Below, piece by piece: positions 9,057-18,000 of a stretch of 64,000 nt of DNA (position 1 is its first letter; each line of letters opens with the position of its first letter). The notes beneath the pieces were generated by a model, which ran no database searches, was not told where the DNA came from, and worked only from the letters and a program-made list of their open reading frames with translations. The stretch spans positions 933,896 through 997,895 of the forward strand of contig NZ_CBDCEO010000012.1 in NCBI RefSeq assembly GCF_965215815.1. Reading direction: 5' to 3'. This stretch comes from Candidatus Poriferisodalis sp. (GTDB lineage Bacteria; Actinomycetota; Acidimicrobiia; Acidimicrobiales; Poriferisodalaceae). Made by a program: the position numbers and the translations under genes.

Positions 9057-10730
9057 ATGACGACGGGCGGTTTCGGGCCATTCCTGGCCGGCAACACCAT
9101 GGATCGGCCGCTGCTGGTCTCGACCCTCATTTCCTATGCATCCCACAGCCATGCCGCCACCGAGGTCGTAGCCGTCGACTCAGCGGGCATCACCACGCGC
9201 AGCACTTGGGGCGAGGTCGGCGAGCGAGCGCGACGGGTGTCTGCTGCGCTGGTTGCCGACGGGATTCAGCCGGGCGATCGGGTGGCCACCATTGCCTGGA
9301 ACGATCACCGCCACCTCGAGGCCTACTACGGCATCTGTGGCATCGGCGCCGTCTTGCACACCGTCAACCCACGGCTTCATGACGACCAGCTGGCCTACAT
9401 ACTCAACGACGCCGCCGACAGCGTCGTGCTGGTGGACCCCTCCTTCGTCGAGATCGCTGCCCGTCTCGCCCCACGCACACCCAGCGTCCGCCGCTGGGTG
9501 GTGCTCGGGCGCCTTGACTCGCCCGCGGGCATGCCAGGCGAGATCGCCTATGAGGACTGGCTGGACGCCGTGCCGGGCCCGGCCACGTGGCCCGAGTTCG
9601 ACGAGCGTGCGGCGGCAACGCTCTGCTACACCTCTGGCACGACGGGCAATCCCAAGGGCGTCCTGCAGAGTCACCGATCGATCGTGCTGCAGACGTGGGC
9701 GTGCTGCACCGGCGACGGCCACGACGTTCACTCTGGTCACGCAGTCCTGGGTGCGGTCCCCATGTTCCACGTCAACGGCTGGGCGCTGCCCTTCGCGACG
9801 GCGATGAGCGGCGCAAAGCTTGTGCTGCCCGGGCCGGACCTGAGCCCCGAAGCGCTCGTAAATCTCATCGAGGCCGAGGACATCACTTTCTCAGCGGGCG
9901 TTCCCACCATCTGGCTAGGTGTCGTGCAATACCTACAAGCCACGGGTCGTGCCGTGCCCACGCTGGAGAAGGTCGCGGTCGGCGGATCTGCCGCACCCCG
10001 TGTGCTCATTGACACGCTCGAGGACGACTATGGCGTCACGGTCAGCCATATCTGGGGCATGACCGAGATGACCCAAGGAACCTCGGGACGTTTCACACAC
10101 CGGGTCGAACGAATGGAACGAGACGACATGCGAGCCCGCCAGGCCAAGGCCGGCCGTGAGCTGTACGGCATTGAGCTGCGAGTGGTCGATGACCAGGGCA
10201 CCGTCGTGGCGCGTGATGGCCGCAGCGTCGGCGAGATCCAGGCACGCGGCCCCTGGATGTCCGGCTCGTACTACCGCGGCGCCCTCGCCGATGCCGAGAC
10301 CTTTGCGGACTCGCACCTCGGAGAAGCCGAAGGCGGTTGGCTGCGCACCGGCGACGTCGGCGCCCTCGACTCCGAGGGTTATCTCACCCTTACGGACCGG
10401 TCCAAGGACGTCATCAAGAGCGGCGGCGAGTGGATCAGCTCGATCGAACTGGAGAACGCTGCCCTTGGGGCCCCGGGGGTTGCGGCTGCGGCCGTCATCG
10501 GCTTGCCGCACGAACGCTGGGGCGAACGCCCGCTGCTCATCATCGAGCTTTCCGACGGTGCCACCCTCTATCACGCAGCAGTGCTCGATGCCATCGGGCC
10601 ACGAGTCGCCTCATGGTGGCTGCCCGACGACATCGTCGTCATCGACGTGATTCCCCTGACCGGCACCGGCAAGATCGACAAGAAAGCGCTGCGCACCTAC
10701 TACTCGGGGCACGTCTGGCCGCAGCGCTAG
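9057..10730 (+). CDS. AMP-dependent acyl-CoA synthetase (long/medium-chain fatty-acid-CoA ligase type)
   Basis: It has [12 protein letters not shown] (AMP-binding motif), [37 protein letters not shown] and the [10 protein letters not shown]-terminal motif. The start is the ATG at 9057 (an alternative lies at 9099). Confidence 0.85.
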   Translation: MTTGGFGPFLAGNTMDRPLLVSTLISYASHSHAATEVVAVDSAGITTRSTWGEVGERARRVSAALVADGIQPGDRVATIAWNDHRHLEAYYGICGIGAVLHTVNPRLHDDQLAYILNDAADSVVLVDPSFVEIAARLAPRTPSVRRWVVLGRLDSPAGMPGEIAYEDWLDAVPGPATWPEFDERAAATLCYTSGTTGNPKGVLQSHRSIVLQTWACCTGDGHDVHSGHAVLGAVPMFHVNGWALPFATAMSGAKLVLPGPDLSPEALVNLIEAEDITFSAGVPTIWLGVVQYLQATGRAVPTLEKVAVGGSAAPRVLIDTLEDDYGVTVSHIWGMTEMTQGTSGRFTHRVERMERDDMRARQAKAGRELYGIELRVVDDQGTVVARDGRSVGEIQARGPWMSGSYYRGALADAETFADSHLGEAEGGWLRTGDVGALDSEGYLTLTDRSKDVIKSGGEWISSIELENAALGAPGVAAAAVIGLPHERWGERPLLIIELSDGATLYHAAVLDAIGPRVASWWLPDDIVVIDVIPLTGTGKIDKKALRTYYSGHVWPQR

Positions 10731-10933
10731 CTCGGGTCCACGCCGACCTGCGCCATGACCCTGCCGGTAGCATGTGATTCGGACGCGCGGACCGCATTGC
10801 CGAGTCCGTTCTCTGGCCGCTTTGGCGGCCACCGGCACTGCTGCGCCGAGCGAGGTCACAAGCCGCTTGGCGCCGGGGTTCGCCCCGCGTGTCGTTTCCC
10901 TACCGCCCGTATCCCGACAGCAAGGTGTGAGTC

Positions 10934-11236
10934 ATGGCTGCTGGTCGCACGACGTTCGAGAAACTGCAGAGGGACCGGGCCAAGAAGGCGAAGGCCGACG
11001 CAAAACGTGCCAAGCGCATGGGCAAGATTCCCCTCAGCGGCCCACTGGTCGCGGCCGAACCCGAACTTGACGGCGACGGTGCCGTGCTCGACGGCAACCT
11101 CGACGACGAGCTGTCTGCTGGCGACCTGATTCGCCTGGTCGAAGAGGTGCAGACCCAGTTCGACAACGACGAGATCTCCTTCGACGAGTACGAAGAGCGC
11201 AAGATCGAGCTCCTCGCCCGCCTGCCCACCGACTGA
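10934..11236 (+). CDS. small protein with basic N-terminus and SHOCT-like acidic C-terminal motif
   Basis: This is a 100-aa ORF. AAGGTG lies 7 nt upstream of the ATG. The C-terminus DEISFDEYEERKIELLARL resembles the SHOCT short C-terminal domain. Its codon usage is like that of the neighbouring genes. Confidence 0.5.
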   Translation: MAAGRTTFEKLQRDRAKKAKADAKRAKRMGKIPLSGPLVAAEPELDGDGAVLDGNLDDELSAGDLIRLVEEVQTQFDNDEISFDEYEERKIELLARLPTD

Positions 11237-11282
11237 GTTCTCTCGCAGCGGCCACGAGGCACCGAGGTCGTCGCTTGCTAGA

Positions 11283-12716
11283 GTGACTACTATGACACAA
11301 GTCATCGACCTAGGCACGCGCAAGGTCTCGGGCCGGGCCTGGAAGATTCTCGGCGCCACATCGCTCACGAACTTCGTGGTGGGACTGGATCTGTCGATTA
11401 CCAATGTTGCGGTGCCCGACATCGGTCGAACGTTCGCCAGCGCCAGCACAGCAGACATCTCGTGGGTGCTGACCTTCTACATGGTCGTCTTTGCGGGCTT
11501 TCTCATCGTGGCCGGAAGATGGGCCGACCGCTTCGGCCGGCTCCGAATGCTCAATATCGGCATTGCCTGCGTTGTGATCGGCGCTGCGCTGGCCTCCATC
11601 GCACCCTCGCTGGTGGTCCTCGTCGCCATGCGAGGACTTCAGGGGATCGGCGCGGCGATGATGGCCCCGGCCTCGCTCGGACTCGCCGTCGCCGCATGGC
11701 CCATCGAGCGGCGCGGCACCGCGGTCGCAGTCTGGAGCTCGACGCTCGCGCTGTCGACCGCAGTCGGCCCCGTGGTCGGCGGCTTCTTGATCGAATACGG
11801 CTCGTGGCGCTGGGCCTACGCGCTGGAAATCCCGGTCGGCTTGATCGCGCTGGTGTGGGGAATCAGGGTGCTGAGCGAGAGCGAGCGCCACCCCGAGACC
11901 CACTACCCCGATCTGGTAGGCGCGGCGCTTCTGGGAGCCGCAACCGGCGGCCTCGCGCTGGCAATCGTGCAAGGCCAGGAATGGGGCTGGACCTCACCAG
12001 CAGTGCTCGGATTGCTGGTGTTCTGCGCCGTGTCGCTCATCGTCGTCGCTCGTCGCACCGCTACCCATAGCGACCCCATCGTGCCGAGAACGCTCTTGGC
12101 AGTGTCGTCATTTCGAGTCGCCTCCACTTCGCTCTTCCTGTTCGGCCTGGGGTTCTTCTCCATGCTCTTGGCGGTGGTGCTGTACCTCACCGAGATCGCC
12201 GGCTATTCCACCGTGAACGTCGGCATCGCGATCATCACGTTGCCCGTCGCAGCCTTGGTGTCGGCCAACGTCAGCGGACCGCTCGCCGATCGCTTCGGAT
12301 TCCGGGCCGTGGTGATCCCCGGAATGCTGCTCTTCACCGTCGGTGCGCTGTGGCTCTGTGTGAGAGCGGGCCCCAGCCCCAATTACCTGTTGGATCTGTT
12401 TCCAGGTTTTCTGCTGGCCGGAACTGGCATCGGAGCGGGGCCAGCCATCCTGAACGGGGCCGGAGTCTCCGAAGTCAAGCCTGCACACTTCAGCGTCGCC
12501 GGAGCGGTCACCCAGACCGCCCGTCAGCTCGCTGGGGCGATCGGTGTCGCCATCCTGGTTGCCATTCTCGGTGCCAGCGCATCTGGCGTCCCCACGGTCG
12601 GCGCCTTCCGCTGGGCGTTCGCGTACCTGGCGTCCGCCGCAGTCTTGGCGAGCCTTGTGGCCACCCGGCTCCCTGCTCGGACCAAGGCTTCGCCGCCAGT
12701 GAACTCAGCCGCCTGA
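11283..12716 (+). CDS. MFS transporter, DHA2 (EmrB/QacA-like, 14-TMS) drug:H+ antiporter family
   Basis: This is a 477-aa hydrophobic ORF with LDLSITNVAVPDI, and AGRWADRFGRLRMLNIG (the MFS motif A-like GRxxDRxGRR). I count about 14 hydrophobic segments. The start is the GTG at 11283 or the ATG at 11292. Confidence 0.85.
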   Translation: MTTMTQVIDLGTRKVSGRAWKILGATSLTNFVVGLDLSITNVAVPDIGRTFASASTADISWVLTFYMVVFAGFLIVAGRWADRFGRLRMLNIGIACVVIGAALASIAPSLVVLVAMRGLQGIGAAMMAPASLGLAVAAWPIERRGTAVAVWSSTLALSTAVGPVVGGFLIEYGSWRWAYALEIPVGLIALVWGIRVLSESERHPETHYPDLVGAALLGAATGGLALAIVQGQEWGWTSPAVLGLLVFCAVSLIVVARRTATHSDPIVPRTLLAVSSFRVASTSLFLFGLGFFSMLLAVVLYLTEIAGYSTVNVGIAIITLPVAALVSANVSGPLADRFGFRAVVIPGMLLFTVGALWLCVRAGPSPNYLLDLFPGFLLAGTGIGAGPAILNGAGVSEVKPAHFSVAGAVTQTARQLAGAIGVAILVAILGASASGVPTVGAFRWAFAYLASAAVLASLVATRLPARTKASPPVNSAA

Positions 12717-12770
12717 GCCCAAGTCCGCCGCTCATCGGGTTCCGGGCCTGCCTTTTGGTACGTTGATCGT

Positions 12771-13115
12771 ATGAAACGCAAGAGTTTTGAGCACATGGCG
12801 TGCCCCATCGCCCAATCGCTCGAACTTGTCGGCGAGTGGTGGACCCCGCTGATCCTGCGTGACACGGTCCTGATCGGGCTCACCCGCTTCGACGACATAC
12901 AGAACAATCTCGGCATCGCGCCGACGGTGCTCACCAGCAGACTCAATCGTCTCGTCGAGAGCGGCCTGCTGGAACGTCGCCAGTACACCGATCGCCCGCC
13001 GAGGTTCGAGTACATCCCGTCCCCCGCCGCCCAGGACTTCAGGCCGGTACTGGAGGCCCTTGCGGAGTGGGGCGACAAGTGGACCCCCCAACACTCGGCG
13101 GACGCCAGCGCCTGA
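12771..13115 (+). CDS. HxlR-family winged-helix transcriptional regulator
   Basis: 114 aa. CPIAQSLELVGEWWTPLILRD...RFDDIQNNLGIAPTVLTSRLNRLVESGLLERR...YIPS is the classic HxlR/MarR-like layout. It lies directly downstream of the MFS exporter. Confidence 0.85.
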   Translation: MKRKSFEHMACPIAQSLELVGEWWTPLILRDTVLIGLTRFDDIQNNLGIAPTVLTSRLNRLVESGLLERRQYTDRPPRFEYIPSPAAQDFRPVLEALAEWGDKWTPQHSADASA

Positions 13116-13124
13116 CAATCAGCC

Positions 13125-13166
13125 GCCTGGGCCCACGAGCCTGGGTCCCGCAGCCTGGGCCCGGCA
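13125..13166. repeat. three contiguous 14-nt tandem repeats (gcctgggcccacga / gcctgggtcccgca / gcctgggcccggca)
   Basis: Read directly from the sequence, starting 10 nt after the HxlR stop codon. There are no spacers, so this is not a CRISPR array. Confidence 0.85.
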
Positions 13167-13327
13167 GTCCTAGTGCTGTGTCCGCAAACGTTTGCGTGGT
13201 TGAGGCGGGCTGAATGCCTCGCTGGCCTCGACAAGATCAGTTTTCTGTGCAGAAATGTTCGCTGAGCGAGTGATTTTGCACAGATAAGCGCCAGACTGGC
13301 AAACGTTTGCGGGCCCAGCAGTCCTAG
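13157..13327. repeat. structured convergent intergenic region: 17-nt direct repeat, twice-occurring 12-nt perfect palindrome, and a nested hairpin
   Basis: gggcccRgcagtcctag occurs at 13157-13173 and 13311-13327 (16/17 identical). The palindrome gcaaacgtttgc occurs at 13184-13195 and 13299-13310. An imperfect hairpin, tctgtgcagaaa...ttttgcacaga, spans 13244-13284 and contains an inner cgct-g-agcg stem. Confidence 0.8.
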
Positions 13328-13953
13328 CCGCCGCTGTGAGTCGTCGCAGCGGCTCGACGATGCACGGAAACGGCGTAGTCGCCCCCGTCGAACGGGGCGC
13401 CTTCCCACGTCGAGTAGCGGGCGACGAGTTCCAGCCCATTGCGCTGCGCGAGCGCGTCGTAGACGTGCAACTGCATGTACCCGTCGCTGAGCTGGAAGCC
13501 CGCGACCAGAACGCCGCCAGGGCGCAGGTGCGCCGCAATGTTGGCCACGACAGCGGCCTCGGTGCCGCGCTCGAGAAAGATCATCACGTTGCCAGCGGCG
13601 ATGACTGCATCGAACAGGCGCCGTTCTCCGGCGGCGTCAAACACAACGGTGCTGGCCAGATCGCCTTGAATCCACGGCTTGTCGGGTGCCTTGTCCCGTG
13701 CCAGATCGAGCATCGCCGGGTCGAGATCGATGCCGACGACGTCATGGCCGCGTCGCGCCAGCTCGATGGCTACCCGTCCAGTCCCGCATCCAGCGTCCAG
13801 CACACTTCCGCCCGGAGGGACTAGCGAGGCAACGAGATCCGCTTCACCGTGGATCGACTCTCCGCGCGCTGCCATGCGCGCCCAGCGGTCGTCGTATTCG
13901 GTCCCGCGGGGAATGTCGCCTCGATCTTCCCAGCGGCTCAGCGGTCCTCCCAA
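13324..13953 (-). CDS. class I SAM-dependent methyltransferase
   Basis: VLDAGCGTGRVAIELARRGHDVVGIDLDPAML (motif I plus the acidic post-I residue) and LRPGGVLVAGF. The start is uncertain: the ORF-track start at 13953 is TTG, and an in-frame ATG at 13875 would cut conserved N-terminal sequence. It overlaps the 3' end of the upstream hydratase gene. Confidence 0.7.
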   Translation of the reverse strand: MGGPLSRWEDRGDIPRGTEYDDRWARMAARGESIHGEADLVASLVPPGGSVLDAGCGTGRVAIELARRGHDVVGIDLDPAMLDLARDKAPDKPWIQGDLASTVVFDAAGERRLFDAVIAAGNVMIFLERGTEAAVVANIAAHLRPGGVLVAGFQLSDGYMQLHVYDALAQRNGLELVARYSTWEGAPFDGGDYAVSVHRRAAATTHSGG

Positions 13954-14720
13954 TTCGGATCACGCCGCTCAGCAAAGGCGGAAGCACCCTCGATGGCATC
14001 TGCCGATCCGAAGACCTCCTCAAGAGCGGGCTGCTGGTACGCCCAGAAGTCGTCCTCGGCAACGCCCAGCACGTCGCGGATGAGCCGCTTGGAGGCACGA
14101 ACGCCCATCGGCGCATTGCGGGCTATGCGCTCGCCGAGCTCTACGGCCACGTTGACCGCTTCGCCTTTGGGGCAGACCCGGTTGACCATGCCGTGCTGGT
14201 GCGCGACTTCAGCCGTGATCGGCTCTGCTGTCAACGCCATCTCCATGGCCAGGCTGTAGGGAAGCTGGCGCGGCAGGCGCAACAGCGCACCGGCACCTGC
14301 GAACAGGCCCACACCCACTTCCGGGATGCCCAACACTGTGCCTTGCGACGCCACGATGAGGTCGCACGACAGCGCCACTTCCAGACCCCCCGCCAGGGCG
14401 AAGCGCTCCACGGCAGCGATGAGCGGCTTTGCAGCACTGCGTTCGGCGATGCCGGCGAAGCCGCGGCCCGGCGGGTTCGGCATGGCGTCGATGCCACCGC
14501 CGCTCACGAAGGCCTTGAGGTCCATGCCTGCGCTGAAGCCTCGCCCTGCCCCAGTCAGCACGCCGACCCGGACATCGGGATTTGCATCGAGGTTGTCGAG
14601 AGCCTCGCCGAGCGCCTCCGACAGGGCCATGTTGAACGAGTTCATCGCATCGGGGCGGTTCAAGGTCAGGATCTGCACGTAGCCGCGCTGTTCGGTCAGC
14701 ACAAGCGGTTCATCGCTCAC
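13938..14720 (-). CDS. enoyl-CoA hydratase/isomerase (crotonase family)
   Basis: LTLNRPDAMNSF, GAGRGFSAGMDLK, AAVERFALAGGLEVALSCDLIVAS, GIPEVGVGLFAGAGA. The start is assigned to the GTG at 14720, which is preceded by GGAGGAG plus a 5-nt spacer. Confidence 0.85.
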   Translation of the reverse strand: MSDEPLVLTEQRGYVQILTLNRPDAMNSFNMALSEALGEALDNLDANPDVRVGVLTGAGRGFSAGMDLKAFVSGGGIDAMPNPPGRGFAGIAERSAAKPLIAAVERFALAGGLEVALSCDLIVASQGTVLGIPEVGVGLFAGAGALLRLPRQLPYSLAMEMALTAEPITAEVAHQHGMVNRVCPKGEAVNVAVELGERIARNAPMGVRASKRLIRDVLGVAEDDFWAYQQPALEEVFGSADAIEGASAFAERRDPNWEDR

Positions 14721-14850
14721 GAAATCTCCTCCGTCGGTGAAGCGGTTGTTGGTCTGTCGGCAGTTTGACGCCATCGGCAGCGCCGACGGCGCCGACAGTA
14801 GTCTCGCCGCGCGGCGCGAACCCGGGGGCAGCCGCGGACTTGGGGTTGGC

Positions 14851-16407
14851 ATGAACGGCGACGGCTCACCCGCAACGAGCGAAGCTTCAGGCAGCGACGA
14901 GGTCCGCGATCTGATCGCTCGCATCGAGATGGCCGAATCGACCGAGGCCCCGATGCTGGTGCAGCTCCTGGCTCGGACTCCCGAGCTCCAGCAGGCTCAA
15001 GGGGCGACCGCCCTGCGAGCGGCCCGTGCGCTCAGCGTCCACGGCGGGCCGCAGCTTCTGTCGATCGCCGGGGAGCTTGCCGCACGAGCACACCGCGACG
15101 GCCAAGCCGGTGCCGGGGTCATCTTCGCCGAGTGCGCCGACAAGATGAGCCTGCTCGGCGGTCGGCCCCAGCAATTCGGCACGGTGGTCACGCGACACCT
15201 CGGCGACCTGGTGCTCGCACCGATCGACGGCACGGTCGACGACGAGTCCCGCGCACGCATGGGCCTGCCCACGTTGACGCATCGCCTCACCGAGATCGAT
15301 CGGAGAAACCGGGAACTTGCCCGAGAGCGAGCCGCTGAGGGAGGTCTCCCGCCGGGTCAGCGCGTATGCCGGGTTTGGCGCGACCCCAGTCCCGAATTCC
15401 TGGCTGCCCAACTTGACGCCGACCCGGCCGGCTGCTGGAACGATGGCGACGAGCTCACCTTGGTCTGCCGCAGCGACGCCGCCGGCGTACTGCCCGGCCC
15501 CGTCATCGAATTGCCCATGTGGCGGGTCGGCAACGGCGACGACAGCGACCTGTGGGCGCTCAGCGTGCGAATCGAACGTCTTCCCGAAGCAGTGATCGGC
15601 TACGGCTTCTGGCCCCTTGACGACGCCGGAAGTCTGCTGGGCGGTCAGCGCGGCCCAGTGCCGCACCGCTTCCGCGGACCCGAAGCTCCCGCCGAAGTGC
15701 CATCACATCGTGACGACGAACTGCAAGGCACGACGCAAGTGCACACCGTCGACAGCACCTCACTGCGCTCGAAGCGGAAGGCCACCGTGTACTTGCCGCC
15801 CCAGCACACAGCTTCGGAACGCCTTCCGGTGCTCTATGCCACAGACGGCAGCATGATCGGCCCCTACATCCGGCGCCTTGACGCCGGGATCATGAACGGG
15901 ACCGTGCCCCGCTTCGTGCTGGTCGCGGCCCACGCTGCGCCAATGGGTGGCTATGGCAATGAGCGGGCCATGGAGTACCTGCCTGGCTTTGACAACGATC
16001 GCTTCGACCGCCATCAGCGCTTCTTTGTGGAGGAGCTGACGGCGTGGGCCGAGCAGTCTCTTGGCGTCTCCGATGACCGAAGCCAGCGCGGCGTGTTCGG
16101 CGCATCCGATGGCGGCGGGCACGCGCTCGCCGTCGGGCACATGCACCGCGACAAGTTCGGCCACGTCATGGCCTATTCCACTGGAATGCCGCCGAACGAG
16201 CGCATGGACTGGAACTCCGCCGAGGCCCCGTTCGTTCACCTGTGTGCCGGAACGTTGGAGGGCGGATTCCACCAAGCCACCGAGGCGTGGGCAGCGTGGC
16301 TGCACTTCGCGAAATCGCCCCATGAATGGACCGAGCGCGTCTGCGGGCACGACCTCATCCAGTGGATCGAGGAGCTGCCGCGCGCTATTGCACGCGCGTG
16401 GGGCTGA
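14851..16407 (+). CDS. putative esterase (enterochelin-esterase-like alpha/beta hydrolase) with an extra N-terminal domain
   Basis: The C-terminal half has ATVYLPPQH...LPVLYATDG...FVEELTAWAE...RGVFGASDGGGHAL (a GxSxG-like nucleophile elbow). The N-terminal ~280 aa are of unclear function. The start is uncertain: ATG at 14851, or the ORF-track GTG at 14737. Confidence 0.6.
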   Translation: MNGDGSPATSEASGSDEVRDLIARIEMAESTEAPMLVQLLARTPELQQAQGATALRAARALSVHGGPQLLSIAGELAARAHRDGQAGAGVIFAECADKMSLLGGRPQQFGTVVTRHLGDLVLAPIDGTVDDESRARMGLPTLTHRLTEIDRRNRELARERAAEGGLPPGQRVCRVWRDPSPEFLAAQLDADPAGCWNDGDELTLVCRSDAAGVLPGPVIELPMWRVGNGDDSDLWALSVRIERLPEAVIGYGFWPLDDAGSLLGGQRGPVPHRFRGPEAPAEVPSHRDDELQGTTQVHTVDSTSLRSKRKATVYLPPQHTASERLPVLYATDGSMIGPYIRRLDAGIMNGTVPRFVLVAAHAAPMGGYGNERAMEYLPGFDNDRFDRHQRFFVEELTAWAEQSLGVSDDRSQRGVFGASDGGGHALAVGHMHRDKFGHVMAYSTGMPPNERMDWNSAEAPFVHLCAGTLEGGFHQATEAWAAWLHFAKSPHEWTERVCGHDLIQWIEELPRAIARAWG

Positions 16408-16456
16408 CGCCCCACGCCGAAGCACGCGCCCAGGGCTGAGAACCCTGACGCGAGTT

Positions 16457-17956
16457 TCAGCCGTCGCGCAGCAGGTAGCGCTTGATCTTGCCGGTGGCTG
16501 TCTGGGGCAGCTCGTCGACGATGCTGACCCAGCGCGGGTACTTGTAGGGCGCGAGACGCTCACGCACGTGAGCCTGGACGGATTCGGCAAGGCCGTCAGT
16601 GGCCGCGCCGGGTGCCGGCACCACGAAGGCGCTCGGCTTCGTGAGGCCCGCTTCGTCGAAAGCGCCCACCACCGCGACGCTCAGCACACTGTCCATCTCC
16701 AAGATGGCGGCCTCGACCTCGGCGGGTGACACCCAGATGCCGCTGACCTTCATCATGTCGTCGGTACGCCCCAGGCAGGTGTAGGTGCCGTCCCGATTGC
16801 GTACGTAGGTGTCGCCAGTCGCAAGGAACCGGCCGTGCAGCGCCTTGCGGTTCTGCTCGGTGCGATTCCAGTAGCCCGCCATGACCGACTCGAAAGCGAT
16901 GTGCAATGCACCCGGCTCCCCGTCGGGCACCTCGTTGCCGTGTTCGTCGCGGAGCGACACCTCGCAGTCTTCGATCGGCGTCCCGCTCGTGCCCGGCACC
17001 GAAGCGCCCGGCCGGTTCGTGATGACGATGTGCGCGATCTCTGTGGTTCCCAAGCCATCGAGGATCTCCACGCCGAAGCGTTCGTGGAATCTCCGACCGA
17101 TGTCTGCGGGAAGAGGTTCACCAGCGGAAACGGCCTGGCGGACCGACGCGAACGTGTCGACCGGCAGATCTGCAGCGAGCAGTTGCGCGTACGAGGTCGG
17201 GACCCCGAAGTACAGCGTCGGCTGGTACCGGGTCACATGTGCCGCGATGTCTTGGGGTGTCGGGCGGGCCGGGTTAAGCACAACCCTGGCTCCGGTGGCG
17301 GGAGGGAAATAGCCGGCATTGCCCAAGCCGTAGGCGAAGAACAACTTTGCAACCGAATAAACCGTGTCGCTGGGCCCCATGCCCAAGATGTCGACTGCGT
17401 ACTGGTCGGTGACAGCGCTCATGTCGATGTGCCGATGCATGGCGCCCTTGGGGTGGCCGGTCGTGCCAGACGTGTACAGCCAGAACGCGACGTCATTGTC
17501 GATGGCCCCGAACGGATCGCCAGCGGCCCCAGGGTCACCAAGGCCGGAGTCATCGGTGTCGTCGAGCGTCCATGCCAGAAACGGCTGGTCATCGGCAGCC
17601 GGCAAGATCTCAGCGGCGAAGGGCGGCGAGTACACCAGGCCTACAGCGCGGCTGTCCCCAAGCAAGAACCGGTAGTCGGCAGTACGAAACAGCGTCGAGA
17701 CCGGCACCGGCACCGCGCCAATCCACATGGCTCCCCAGAACCACCACAGGAATGCCGGGGTGTCGGCGCAACACAGCATCACTCGCTGCTCGCGCTGTAC
17801 GCCGCGTTCAGCCAGCGCAGCTGCGGCAGCGCGCACTCGCTCGACCAGTTCGGCCCTGGTCAACTGGCTGCCGCTCGGGGCGTCGACCACCGCTATTTCG
17901 TCGGGCGCGGCCGCGGCCGGCTCGATGACGAATCGGTAGACGGCGTTCGCGCTCAC
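16457..17956 (-). CDS. benzoate-CoA ligase family (BclA/BadA-type aromatic acid-CoA ligase)
   Basis: WLYTSGTTGHPKGAMHRH, FFAYGLGN, GTTE, TGDTY...DGTYTCLGRTDDMMKVSGIWVSP and the YKYPRWV...LPQTATGKIKR C-terminus are characteristic of benzoate/4-hydroxybenzoate-CoA ligases. It is divergent from boxC. The start is the GTG at 17956, preceded by GGGAGG and a 6-nt spacer. Confidence 0.8.
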   Translation of the reverse strand: MSANAVYRFVIEPAAAAPDEIAVVDAPSGSQLTRAELVERVRAAAAALAERGVQREQRVMLCCADTPAFLWWFWGAMWIGAVPVPVSTLFRTADYRFLLGDSRAVGLVYSPPFAAEILPAADDQPFLAWTLDDTDDSGLGDPGAAGDPFGAIDNDVAFWLYTSGTTGHPKGAMHRHIDMSAVTDQYAVDILGMGPSDTVYSVAKLFFAYGLGNAGYFPPATGARVVLNPARPTPQDIAAHVTRYQPTLYFGVPTSYAQLLAADLPVDTFASVRQAVSAGEPLPADIGRRFHERFGVEILDGLGTTEIAHIVITNRPGASVPGTSGTPIEDCEVSLRDEHGNEVPDGEPGALHIAFESVMAGYWNRTEQNRKALHGRFLATGDTYVRNRDGTYTCLGRTDDMMKVSGIWVSPAEVEAAILEMDSVLSVAVVGAFDEAGLTKPSAFVVPAPGAATDGLAESVQAHVRERLAPYKYPRWVSIVDELPQTATGKIKRYLLRDG

Positions 17957-18000
17957 GCGTGGCCTCCCTGACGCTGCCGGTGTCGTTGCGAACACTAACG

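Noticed and set aside
13125-13166. Possible CRISPR array, or any CRISPR array elsewhere in the window.
   Set aside because: The repeats are only 14 nt long and contiguous, with no spacers. No cas genes are present, and no other regularly spaced repeat array was seen.
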